Shown here piece by piece: positions 25,300-37,820 of a stretch of DNA of 64,000 nucleotides (the first letter of the stretch is position 1; each line of letters begins with the position of its first letter). The notes under the pieces were generated by a model, which saw only the letters and a list, made by a program, of their open reading frames with translations, was not told the DNA's origin and made no database searches. The position numbers and the translations under genes are program-made. The stretch is from Eledone cirrhosa (lineage: Eukaryota): positions 200,074,001-200,138,000 of the forward strand of contig OZ024740.1 in the NCBI GenBank assembly GCA_964016885.1, given 5' to 3'.

Positions 25300-26662
25300 T
25301 CAAGAGGATTGATTAAAATTTGTAATAAAGACAAATAAATGTATCATGGCATTTAGTGGGAGGTCGGGGTGGCTAAACTTGCCGGTAGAACAAAGAGGGA
25401 GTGAAAAAAGCCATTCAGGCGTTGAAAGTGAAATCTATACAGCAAATTCTAAGGATAGTGTATGAAAAGTCGAAAAATTGTTCACTAGGAAAGAGGGTGG
25501 GGAGTTGAAAGAATAGGTAAGTCGACAGGGAGTAAAATAAAAATTTAAAAAAAAATAAATATATAAAAAAATGTTGATAGTGAGAAATGAATTTTAAAAA
25601 AACAGTAGAGTCTAGAAACAGCTGCTATAATTAGTAAGTATTGCTAAGCTATAGAAAATGTTAATAGGTAGAGTATGGGAAAATACTAAATAAGAGATTG
25701 TAGTTGGTAGTGAAAAAATTTAAAGCAGGCTTTACAGGGGATCTAACACAGCTGTTATAAATAGTTAGTAAAGCGTAATCACCCAATGCTATCATACAAT
25801 TACAGGTTAATAAGTTGAGAAAAAAATGATACTAAATGAGAAATTTAGAAAATGTAGAATTTTCGGGCCACATATGGGACCTCAAAGATAATAATATAAC
25901 CTAAAATCTCACATGGAGCTTACTTTCCGGAGCTAAATCTTACACGGGAGGACGCCACCCGTGCAACTTATGTTCAGACGAATCATTACAAATGCTATTT
26001 TCGAAGGACCAACGCCTAAACAAGAAAGACGGACTGGTAACCGCATGCAAGCACAGATTGCGTAAGACTTACCTCATCCTCAAACCCCATAACGACCCGG
26101 GTGGGTAGACAAGGGCTGATACCCCCCCACTTGCAAATTTTGTTAGGGGAAACCCCTGCTTACATAGGTAGACGTAACTTTTTTCTTTTCTCTATGTTTC
26201 CTTCTTCCCCACATCTCATCCTATCACTTCCTTCCACCCACGATCTTCTTCCTCGTCTGTTTTTCACCTTTCGCCTACCCCGATGCAGCCCATCGGTCCT
26301 CTGTAGCCTCCGTACCCCCACCCCCATAATTTTAAGATAGAATTGGCCGATTACGTTTTATTTATAGCAGATGTGTGAGGCCCCTGTAATTTCTTCTTTT
26401 TTATTACTACTCCAATTCTACATTTTCTAAATTTCTTATTTAGTATTATTTTTTTCTCAACTTATTAACCTGTAATTGTAAGATAGCATTGGCTGATTAC
26501 GCTTTAATAACTATTTATAGCAGCTGTGTTAGACCCCCTGTAAAGACTGCTTTACATTTTTTCACTACCAACTACAATCTCTTATTTAGTATTTTCCCAT
26601 TCTCTACCTCATAAACTTTTCTATAGCTTAGCAATGCCTACTAATTATAGCAGCTGTTTCCT
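25300..26662 (+). mobile_element. PLE GIY-YIG C-terminus and 3' UTR with an inverted upstream copy of the UTR
   Basis: 25865-26060 reads HIWDLKDNN..TWS..AKSY..CNLC..ES..ML..LNK..CKHR and is homologous to 55900-56105 (-). About 25615-25860 is the reverse complement of about 26413-26660. Confidence 0.8.
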
Positions 26663-26699
26663 ACGCACGTAGGACAGAACAAAGGAGAGGCACAAAAAC

Positions 26700-26905
26700 A
26701 AAGAAAAGAATCCAGTCACTGAAGAGGTCAGAGAATGTGTGACGAAAGAACGTTGACAATATATGAACAACCGTCCGGTTGTGGAACCAACCAACCAACC
26801 GGAAATTTATAAATTCTTAAATTTATAAATTTAATTTATAATAAATTGGAGTGAAAGCAACTGGTGCGTGTGTTTATTATTGGCAACATGACCCTCCCAA
26901 AGCAT

Positions 26906-26910
<5 letters not shown>
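26700..26910 (+). mobile_element. PLE-terminus-like repeat with a hammerhead motif (about 26714-26758); inverted twin at 28790-29000
   Basis: gtca-CTGAAGA-g-gtca-gagaatgtg-tgac-GAAA-gaacgt-tgac; ends gaccctcccaaagcataacaa before (TA)n. Confidence 0.75.
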
Positions 26911-26956
<46 letters not shown>

Positions 26957-26996
26957 TATATATATAGTTATATATATATAGAGAGAGTTATATATG

Positions 26997-27049
<53 letters not shown>

Positions 27050-27055
<6 letters not shown>

Positions 27056-27758
27056 GGAAAAAATTAAACGAAATTTTATTTCTCACTCTTAGTACGGCTG
27101 TTACTTAAATATAAGTATGTATACGTACATACATATATGTATACAGACATACAGTAGTATGTATATATATACATACATGCACACATATATATATGTACGT
27201 GTGGATTTACCGAACATTTATTATAATGCTCGGTGTGTTTGTAAACAAACATCCCGAATTAAGCCGTACAGTGTTTAGCAACCATCGTTGCCCTTTTGAA
27301 ATATCGTTTCATTTTTTCCGTTTATCTTTTCCGGTGCGCCCGGCCGATTAACTCACTCGATATACAAATTAGGCTGCTCAGCCGTTAATATACATAAGGA
27401 AATTATATACTTTAAGACGTTCAATCATCTGGCAGGAAGGTATACGGTGCTGACGATAGCTAATAATCTTGAAACTAGTACATCATTCCTTTGTCAGTGT
27501 TGAACAAATGGGCAACGATGGTTGCTAAACACTGTACGGCTTAATTCGGGATATTTGTTTACAAACACACGGAGCATTATAATAAATGTTCGGTAAATAC
27601 ATACGTACATATATATATATATATATATATTTGTGCATGTATGTATATATATACATACTACTGTACGTCTGTATACATATATGTATGTACGTATACATAC
27701 TTATATTTAAGTAACAGCCGTACTAAGAGTGAGAAATAAAATTTCGTTTCTTTTTTCC

Positions 27759-27762
<4 letters not shown>
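27050..27762 (+). mobile_element. Fold-back PLE-terminus element with a hammerhead between the arms
   Basis: 27050-27300 is the reverse complement of 27505-27762; 27368-27762 matches 62790-63175. Confidence 0.8.
27445..27485 (+). ncRNA. Minimal hammerhead motif with weakened stem II
   Basis: cggtg-CTGACGA-tagctaataatctt-GAAA-ctag-TA-catca. Confidence 0.55.
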
Positions 27763-27798
<36 letters not shown>

Positions 27799-27913
27799 CT
27801 CTCTCTATATATATAATTATATATATATAACTATATATATATATATATATATGAAAGACGTAAAATAAGAAAATTTTTCAAAATTAAAAATTAACCTACT
27901 TACTAAAATGTTC

Positions 27914-27995
27914 ACTGCTACTAATTAGTTTCTGTAAGGGGATAAATATAGTTACGCAATGTAACTACAGAGAAGTCCTTACGTCATCAGGGAGT
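27914..27995 (-). ncRNA. Type I hammerhead with extended stem II
   Basis: actcc-CTGATGA-c-gtaagg...ccttac-a-GAAA-ctaattag-TA-gcagt. Confidence 0.65.
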
Positions 27996-28068
27996 CTATT
28001 CTCAGCTAAGTTCCCAGGCAATGGGTTCCTAGTGTCCGCGCATTGCCTGGGAACTTAGCTGAGAATAG

Positions 28069-28150
28069 ACTACCTGATGACTTAAGGACTTCTCTGTAGT
28101 TATATTGCGTAACTATATTTATTCCCTTACAGAAACTAATTAGTAGGAGT
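28069..28150 (+). ncRNA. Type I hammerhead with extended stem II
   Basis: actac-CTGATGA-cttaagg...ccttac-a-GAAA-ctaattag-TA-ggagt; the consensus of the copies restores an actcc/ggagt stem I. Confidence 0.65.
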
Positions 28151-28673
28151 GAACATTTTAGTAAGTAACTTAATTTTTAATTTTTAACATTTTCTTATTT
28201 TACGTCTTTCATATAATTGTTCTGCACCCCCCTGAATAGAACCACAAAGGTACTAAGACATAACATATATATTTGCTAACATGGGTATACATATGTACAC
28301 ATATGTTGGTAGATGTATTAATTCTCTATATTTATCTCCAAATTATTTGTTGAGCGAAACTTGCCAAAATTTACTGCTATGGTTCATGGTAGTAGATAGG
28401 CTCTTGTCATAATACCACCCCACTCCTCACTGATTAATCTCAGTGTCACGAGATTGATTCTTTAGAATTTGCCACTGACCAAGTAGGCAGTGAATTTTTT
28501 CAGTGCCCTGGAATTTAGTCCCCGCTAGCTTTATTCAATCCACTGAATTATTATTTTTATATGGGTTCCTAGTGTCCACGCATTGCCTGGGAACTTAGCT
28601 GAGAATAGACTCCCTGATGATGTAACGACTTATCTGTAGTTATATTGTATATACATATGTTGGTAGATATACT

Positions 28674-29000
<327 letters not shown>

Positions 29001-29110
29001 TTTATATGTATGTACGTATACATACTTGTATTTATATATATATTGTTATATATATATGTATATATATCATTTACTTATATATATATGTATATATATTTTA
29101 TATATACTTA

Positions 29111-30985
29111 TCTATATATATGTTAAGGGTGTGTGTTTCTGTTTCTGCGTAACTTCTATAGCTTGCAACCGATTTTTATTTTATATTTTCAGATTTGTGT
29201 CTAGTGCGCCCGCTATAAGAGAAAAACCGACTCAAAACCAGTTTTGAGAGACGCCGAGGGAGAGCCAGACAAAGAGAGATAGGCCGTTATAGAGAGAAAG
29301 ATACAATTAAAGTGTTAGATATTCAAAGAGAGAGAGAGAGACGTCCCACACCGGCTTGAACTATAGATCAAAGTATATCAGTTGAAGGCTTAACAATAAG
29401 TCGTTTTACAGTCTTTGATTTTACAGAACAAAGAAAAATTGATACTATTTGAAATTATTGTTGCAAACATGTGAATTGTGAAATCCTTCGTATTTGTGGT
29501 TCAAGTACAGAGATGATCTTTCCGGGAATTTTAAACGTGTGGCACAACTGCAGTACCCTGACATGGAAGGTACCAGAGATGAGGTCTACAACAGTGCACT
29601 GATTGACATAGAAGGCAGGATTGTTTCACTCGGTGGAAATGATTTACCCTCATATGGCCTGCCCCAAATTTCCGAACAGGGTCAAAAGTACTTCCCACAG
29701 CTATCCTACGAAAAACGTCCTAAAAGAAACATCCTACGACATTGATACTCTTTCCCAATATGTTATCGACACTGAACCACAACTGCTTCCGGAACAACAA
29801 CGGATTAACAACATTATTTCCAACCATGTATGCCACCGAAAAGGAGGTATCTTCTTCCTGGATGCACCTGGATGGACAGGACAAACTTTTGTAACGAAGC
29901 TCCGCCTTGCAAAAGTTCGGCTGCATAGGGATATCGCGGTAGCTGTTACCTCCTCTGGGATTGCTGCTACTTTGCTGCCCGGTGGCAGGACAGCGCACTC
30001 GACTTTTAAACTCCCCCTGAATTTAGCAACATCTGAAACGCCTACCTGCAACATCAGCAAAAGCTCAGACCAGGGTCGGGTCCTCAAACGGTGTCATCTC
30101 ATTGTGTGGGATCAGTGCACCATGGCCCACAAAGGAGCTCTGGAAGCAGTAGTTAGAACCCTTAAAGATATCAGAGATTGTCATGCTCCAATGGGAGGTG
30201 TAACGCTTTTGTTGTCTGGTGATTTCAGACAGACGCTTCCCGTCATTCCCAAAGGTACCAGGGCAGATGAAGTCCAGGCGTGCCTTAAATACTCTCCATT
30301 GTGGTGAAACCTTACAACCCTGACTCTTACCACTAACATGAGAGCTCAACTACACGGTGAAAACATATCTGCTAGCTTTGCAAAGGACATTTTGACACTT
30401 GGCGATGGCAAGAGGCCTCTCGACGCTGCCGGAGAAATGGTCGTCGGGCCATGTTAATTCTGTGGAGGAGCTGAAAGACCAAGTGTTTCCGAACTTGACA
30501 GAAAATTACCAAAATCACAATTGGCTGTGCGAAAGAGCAATAATGGCTCAAAAATCATCACTGTTAATAAACTCAACGAATAGCTAATGCTGTCTCTTCC
30601 AGGAATTCTTCACAACCTACAAGTCTGTCGAACACAATGAAGTGGTGAACTATCCTCCAGAATTGTTCAATTCATTGGAGCCCCCCGGACTACCTCCCCA
30701 CATATTAGGACTTGAAGTTGGAACTCCTGTAATTCTGCTTAGTAATCTAGATCCGCCAAGACTGTGGAATGGGACACGACTGGTGGTAAAGAAACTGATG
30801 TCACATGTTATGGAGGCAACAATTCTTTCTGGGTGTAGAAAAGGTAATGACGTCTTCATTCCCAGAATCCCTCTTATTACATCAGCAGCAGAAATTCCTT
30901 TTTCATTAAGACGGCTGCAATTTCCAATTCGTGTCAACCTTGCAATGTCCATTAACAAATCCCAAGGTCAGACCATCAGCACTGC
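29111..30985 (+). mobile_element. Helitron relic: putative 5' TC end plus PIF1-family helicase pseudogene, no Rep domain seen
   Basis: FFLDAPGWTGQT (Walker A), SSGIAATLLPGGRTAHS, IVWDQCTM, LLSGDFRQTLPV, RLQFPIRVNLAMSINKSQGQT. a|tctatatatatg at 29110 resembles the other Helitron 5' ends in the window. Confidence 0.9.
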
Positions 30986-32750
30986 CGCCAGATAACGATG
31001 GTCGACCATATCGTGCCTCTGAGATTCTGGTCTCGCTGATGGCCACCACATTTATGTTTAGCTACCTGAGATCGTTGAGCAGGTGGCCCTGATTCCATGA
31101 TGACACCTGTGAGAAGCCATGTTGGCTAGGATAGGAGCAAAACAAGTGAGAGAGGAAAATTAAAAACAATTTAGGGGGTGGATGATCCATCCCTGACCAG
31201 AGGCGAGTTTCTCCACGAGAATGTCTGTGAATATTCTTTTAGTGATGTTCCCTCGGTAGTCTCCAATTGATGTGAGAAACTTTCTTTTTAATGTCATGTA
31301 GTTTTTTGGGGTGATTTCTATTATTTGTATGTGTATATGGGGGGTGCAATTTTGGTGGCCTGTACGTAGTTTGTTTCTGTGATGTTGGTCTGGTGTTGAA
31401 TGTAATTTAAAAGCTTTGTGTTGTCTGTGTCTATGGCTGTGTATTGTGTCTGCTGTTGGAGTGTTGGTGCTTTCTGTGTTTGCTGTGGTGTAGTTGGAGG
31501 TGACGATGGGATAGAGGCTAATGGTGGTGGTGTTGGTGGTGTTGGTGGAGGTCGTGGTGATGGTGTAGGTGGCTGTGGGGCTGTTGATTTTCTGTTCATT
31601 TTAATTTTGGGGGTTCTTTCTTCCTTTTCTTTTTGGAGGGCGAAGGTAGAGAGTTCTACCTTTTTTGCTGGGATGGTTTTCCATCCTTCGGCCTCATCGC
31701 ACTCCTTGTGCGATATCGGGAATGAGCATGCTCTCCATTGGTTCTGTTGGTGGTGGAAGAGATGGTGCTTTTGTTGTTGAGGATAGTGATTTTCTTCTGC
31801 CACTGTAGTCTTGGTTGTTTTGTCCCCTCCAGTTGCGGGGCACGGCATGGGGAGAAGGGGAGAGCGGTTGTTCGTATTGGTGAGTTTGGGGCAGAAGGCC
31901 TTAAGGTACTTCTTGTCACCGAATCCATAACACCTTGGGCGTCTACCTTCGAAAGTCACGGGTAGATGGCTGCCGTTGTCTATTACATCGGGGCTGACTC
32001 GATTCTCTCATCGTTTTCTTGGATGAGTAGCTCCATCCCCGACCCTGTCCAATTATCCTGTCTTATTCGCATGACGTCGAGTATGGTTGTTGAATCCTCG
32101 ACGTCAGCGATGACAGCCACCGTCAACCACGCGTTCTCCACTGAGGGCGGAACCTGGGTTACTCGAACCCTCATGACTCACTGGCCGCAGAATGTGGGCA
32201 TCATTATTATTTCGTCACTGCGGAGTGGCGCAATGGAGTGTGCTCTGGGTTCTTCCGGTGTAGCTTAGAACACATCCACAGTTCCATATCTCGCTCCTCG
32301 GTCTATGTATGTTTTCTGTGCCCAGACGGCATCCATAGCCCTTTGGACCTGTGACTCCGTTGCCCGTTGGACTCGGCGCGATTTTATTCCGATTGTGCGA
32401 TAACTGACGGAACACAAAAGCTTGTTTTTCATTATGTTAGCTGGGCGGGTGAGACTTACCTTGTGTCCGGTCTTTTTAACCAAGATATTGGCTTGCTTTA
32501 TCTCCTCATTGGTGATGTATACCAGTTCAACATTTTGTGCGGCTTTAGCGAACGATGTGGTTGTGGTCTGCTGTGCTGACTCATCGTTAGTCTTGCCTGT
32601 GTTGCTGTTGTTGTTGTTGGTGGTGGTGTTCTTGTTGGGTTTTTTTCTTCTGTGTTGCTGCTGTTACAGTTGTTGCTCCCTGAGTTCTTTGTGGCTGCTG
32701 GTGCTGTTATTGTTGTTATTGAGATGGCGGTGGTGTCTGAGCTTTCTAAT
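30986..32750 (-). mobile_element. Tx1/L1-clade LINE 5' half: ORF1 with a degenerate zinc knuckle and the start of the ORF2 AP endonuclease
   Basis: EGRRPRCYGFGDKKYLKAFCP (CX2CX4HX4C-like) and RVRVTQVPP; 31020-31125 reads QGHLLNDLR*LNINVVAISETRI. Confidence 0.75.
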
Positions 32751-32984
32751 GATGGAAAGATTTTTCGTAGTTTGCGCTGCTGCTGCTACTGTTCCAGTGG
32801 CTGCTGCTGTTGTCACCACCACTGCCACTGTCGCTGCTGCTGCTGTAATAATGACAACAGTAGTGGTGATAACAATTACTGTCACTAGGGTTGTTACAGT
32901 AGTAGCAATAATAATAATAACAACGATAATAATAATAATAATAGCAGCGGCTCCTACCACGATAGAAAAGGCAACAACAAAAAG

Positions 32985-34290
32985 TGCAACTGTAGAGCCC
33001 CTAACAACTGTCCACACCAGGGTCAATGCCTGATTAGTAATGTCATATACAAGTACTCAGTAACTACTGACAATCGTATTAAATCCTACATAGGGGACAC
33101 TTCAAAAGAGTTTAAGACAAAATTTAGAACTCATCTCCACTCGTTTAAGAATAGAAACCTCAAGTTCTCAACTTCTCTCGCTAGCGATATCAGCCAACTA
33201 ATAGAATCTCACAATAGCTACACAACCAGCTGGAGTATAATTAGACAGTGCAACATGTTAAGAAGTTTCAATTATGCCTGATGGAAGCATATTTTATAAG
33301 TTGCTCACCTCACACACTTGTTAATAACAGAGCAGAAACAGCCATAAGCTGCCAACACAGACTCCACTACACTTTCTAACAGGACATTTCACCCAATATA
33401 ACCCTCTATTCTCAACCTTAACTTCAACCATAAAACCTCTATTAGCTACCTCTAGTTGATTAGCCAGAGTATCTAAATCAATACTGCTTATAATTAACAA
33501 CATAACTGGTGCCTAGCTATAGCCCACAGCTTACCACATTACATCTACACTATTAACAGCACAGTTCTAAGCTGGGATATTTAATTAACACCCTTAAGAA
33601 ATTCTCAGCCTTAATACCACATAGTTACCTCCCCTAGTTATTACGTCCCTTTACAATCGCCATTGCTGTTATAAATTAAGCTCACACACTTCCAACCCAG
33701 AAGCTATGCATTACGACGTATATTGGCTCTACTTTAATTGAACTTCTATCCAGAATTTTCCTCTGCTTTAAATGAACTTTTACCCAGATTGGCTGGTTGG
33801 ACCAGTATTAATAATTATATCTTCTCTGAGGATCTATACCAACAGCGTTAGCAGCTTACACGTGCGTAAACATTATTACTCGCTGTGGTATAGTTGAAAC
33901 ATAATGTACGAAGTAAAATTTTGTTTTAAACGAATTGCTCCTCCCACGTTTATTTGTTTTGCTTATACCTGCTCTGCTTGACTTCTTCGTTAAATATTAA
34001 CCCTTCTTTAATATTTACCACTACTAGCCTAAGCATCGCGCAAACCTCTCTTCGGCCATCGGCATTTAGCATACTGTATCACATCTCTCTCTCTCCTCTA
34101 TTATGATACAGCGTGAAACAGACTGTTTCACGCTGAAAGGAAAGAAGCTGACAGACTGTCAGCTTCTCTCCGTTCTTTCGCTGAAAAAAAGTTAGTGACA
34201 TAATCATTACTTTAAAACTGATAGCGTATGGTCTTCTAAATGTTTGTAATTAAACATACGGTATATTGCCAAATATACTATACATACATT
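32985..34290 (+). mobile_element. PLE GIY-YIG fragment and probable 3' UTR, decayed
   Basis: CRAPNNCPHQGQCLISNVIYK, SYIGDTSKEFKTKFRTHLHSFKN..STSLA at 32990-33185; the 3' boundary is uncertain. Confidence 0.7.
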
Positions 34291-34393
34291 CATAGATACA
34301 CATACACACATATATATATATGCAGACACATATATATATATATATATATATGTATATGTGTGTACATATATATATACTTACATATACACGCAG

Positions 34394-34424
<31 letters not shown>

Positions 34425-34441
34425 CATACATACATACACAT

Positions 34442-34486
<45 letters not shown>

Positions 34487-34511
34487 CATACATACATACA
34501 CATATACATAC

Positions 34512-34542
<31 letters not shown>

Positions 34543-34550
34543 CATACACA
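34278..34550. repeat. Mixed (TA)/(CA)/(TACA)n microsatellite
   Basis: Seen directly. Confidence 0.9.
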
Positions 34551-37249
34551 TGAAACATTGAAATAAACAGTTTTGTATTATAGATTAAAACGAGTAGATA
34601 TCAAAAGGTTTTGTTTCTTTATTTTGACTGTCAATCTGTAAATAATCAATTTGTACCTAAACGGGATTTCTAGACAAAATGAAGAAAACCGCGATACAAT
34701 AACGAATCTGCGAACATGTCCATGGCCATATAATTAATGAAATACATCTCATTTGATATAATTCTTAAAGAATATATCATTTAGATAGTATTTGTAAAAT
34801 AATTTAATTAATTGTTATTTCTAAAAAATTAATTCTTTTACTGGTTACAATCATTATGCTTAATCATTTTACTGGTTACAATCATTATGCTTGAACTCTG
34901 CCTTGCAGAGATCAAATGGATTATAACAACCCTAGTATTAATTCCTCTCAGATTGGTGCTTATTTTATGAATCCCTCCTTGTCAATCAGCTAGCTTGTGG
35001 GACATTATCCGAGTGAACGTAAATACAAACTCTTAACAACTTGTATGACGAGCTTCAACACATTTCCAACCTCCAAATTCCTCGTAAAATGGATTCGTCA
35101 ACCCATTGTTATACTAGATGACACTTGCCCAATGTTGTAAGTACTTGGTTACGTAGAAAAGTATCTATTTTGGACGATTTTAATCAATAAAAATGGATGG
35201 CAGTTTAGAACCGGTTGATTCAAAGATATAAAAATAGAGAAATACCATTAGTGGACATACCAATTTTAGACCGGTCACACTAGATAGCTCCGGGGTCATT
35301 GGTCATCGAACTGACGAAATCAGGATCAGAGAATCTCAATGGATGAATGGATACCTTGATCTGACATGATTCCTGTAACACCGTTCTTTGAACTAAGGCC
35401 TTTGTCATGCGGCGAAATGACAGTCGTTAGAACGTGAGATTAAATGCCTTATTATATGTACTCAGCTAAAATCCTAACTCATTTCATGAGTCAATAAATT
35501 AAGTACCTGACCACTGCCGGTGGATTGACGGAAAGGTCGGTCAGGATAAGTTGTGTTATTTGATCTGGCTTCCTGCGCCCCAAGTTAATTTTGTTCTCCT
35601 TTTGCCAGATCGTGTATCAGAAAACATATATGTATGTCATCAAACGTTATGTGTATTTGTCAAACATGTATGTTTTTTATTTCATATATCATTTATATTT
35701 TCTAAATTTCCTAATAACTTTGTGAAAAGATTCGTCGTAAATATATGAGAAATTTTCATCAAATATACATATTTCAGAAATGTCTTTGCTACTTTCTAGG
35801 AAATATGTCAGAGGTTTCCGGCAAAAACAAATGTTTGGGAATTTACAAAGTAACATACATACATCATACCCCAGTCAACGTCTACTTTTACGTAATTTCA
35901 AACCTATGTATCAAAGGTATATATTTAAATTTTCATCAAATATGCATGGTGTATATTCCATGAAAATTTGGGAAATTTCTAAGCTAACCTCATTAATATT
36001 TGAGAAATTTTAATAATACATACGTATTCGTTATTTCAATAAACATTGATGATTGAGAAGGTTGTATTAAGTATATATTCGATTTTTGTTTATCAATACA
36101 CGATACTAGGTTTATGTTTCATCCAACCTTTTGAAAATTGCCGACTCACATCGTAAATGTTCATTGTATAACGAAAATGTAAATCTGCCGAATACTTCTC
36201 AACCATTTATGGTTGATTATATTTACTTAAACAAACAAATCTTAAGACATATATGGAGTGGAAGATATTTGACCGTGGGGACGCGAAAATTAAGTGTGTG
36301 TGTGGGGGGGGGGTATTAGTTCGATGATTGAGAGACATGGGATGGAGATATACAACAGACGTAGTCATGGGTGAATGGTTAAGAAGTTCATTCTGCAATT
36401 ATGATACCTTTAGCCAAATGGTACATCGGGCCAAGCTTCGTACGGATTTTACTACAACATCAGGTTGGCCTAAACATTGCACGTGATATTTTGTAGTTGG
36501 ATGGATTGTACCTGCATTCCATAGAACTAAACTGTTCACATATTGTGTTATGATTCGCTTTGGGATTTACATTCAGACTACTCCTCTCTCATGAATACCC
36601 AGTCAGTTTATTAAATTTAGGAGGGTAGGAAACGATTCTTTATGTTAAGCTGACTACGAGACGTCCTAAGACATCGCTGGTCATATTTTCCATTTTCACT
36701 TAAATCGTTGTCTACGTCATCTTCTCATCCACTTGAAGGTTTCCGGAGCAGTCTCTTCTGGTCTCTTAGGTAGCGTCCAACAGCTGTACGGATCAAGTGT
36801 TGTCTGTGAAACTTTAACATGTCCGACTCACCAGAACTTGTACTTTCAAATCACTCGGTTTCGCTCTCGAATTCTAATTACTTCATTTCAGATATCCTTT
36901 TAATCAGATATAATTAAATATACAACCTGTCAAAGGCGGTTAGAGTTCCTCACAGTAAAGATAATGGTCAGGAATTCCTGTAGAAAAAACAGACACTACC
37001 ATGCCATCTCTCTATTGAAGTTATAGATGATGAGACAGTCAAACTATAAATTATGTTATCTTATTCTAACTAGTTTATTTTTCTATTGAAACGCTACATG
37101 GTGGCGCAGGCGAACTCATATATCCTACAGCATTCCTTAGGAAAAAAACACCGGATTGTTCTCATGTTTCTTTTCCGTGGGGTGGGGGTCAAATAAGATG
37201 CCAGCACACCAAACTAAAAGATAAAACAGTAAAATGGGTAGTTTATAGA

Positions 37250-37760
37250 TAGAACAAGAAATGTACAAGCGCTTTAGCAACTTGTGGGTGAGGAGATATT
37301 TTTAGAATGTTATAGGATTTGCTGAAGCAAATGGACAAAATGTGAAGGATTTATGTCAGATAATGAATATAGAACATTTTTTAGTAGCAAGTAACGCAAA
37401 CACAAAACGGCTGAATCAAAATATCTTAAAGGCAATAACACATTGCCTGCTGCTTTCTAGCAAAATATCCAAAATACGATTGGCAGCTAAGCCATATAAC
37501 ATGGTAATGAACGCAGTTTATGTTCTAACTTTCGATTATAATGACGTAAAAGTGTAGAAATTACATCAAAATCCTGAAAGCATAATTGGCGAAGAAAACA
37601 AGACATGCATATTTATATCTCAAGGATACTCGATTATAAACATTGGGTAAGTTGCTGATTATAATCAGAAATAAACAGTGGGTTAATATGGCTTGAAGTT
37701 AAAATAAAAACAACGGATGAGTAAAATTATTAGAATTTGCAAAACAGCATATACTAATAA
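37250..37760 (+). mobile_element. Very old RTE-type AP-endonuclease fragment
   Basis: IRLAAKPYNMVMNAVYVLTFDY resembles the IRL.AKPFN....QVYAPT block of RTE endonucleases. Confidence 0.5.
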
Positions 37761-37820
37761 TAACAAGTAAAATACATGAACATAAACCATTAGAGACAAT
37801 AACATAACATTATGTATATA

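Larger units (their letters stand above)
27852..28212. repeat. About 170-bp-arm hairpin with a hammerhead in each arm; third partial copy at 28560-28645
   Basis: 27852-28021 is the reverse complement of about 28043-28212. Confidence 0.85.

Noticed and set aside
29621-30995. Host PIF1 helicase gene
   Set aside because: Intronless, broken by stops and frameshifts, with Helitron-type motifs and a Helitron-like 5' end.
32422-33033. Hydrophobic 203-aa ORF
   Set aside because: Antisense or low-complexity read-through of the Tx1 5' region and trinucleotide repeats.
35200-35620. Possible minus-strand exons in unique-looking DNA
   Set aside because: All frames contain stops, splice signals are weak and no domain is recognisable.
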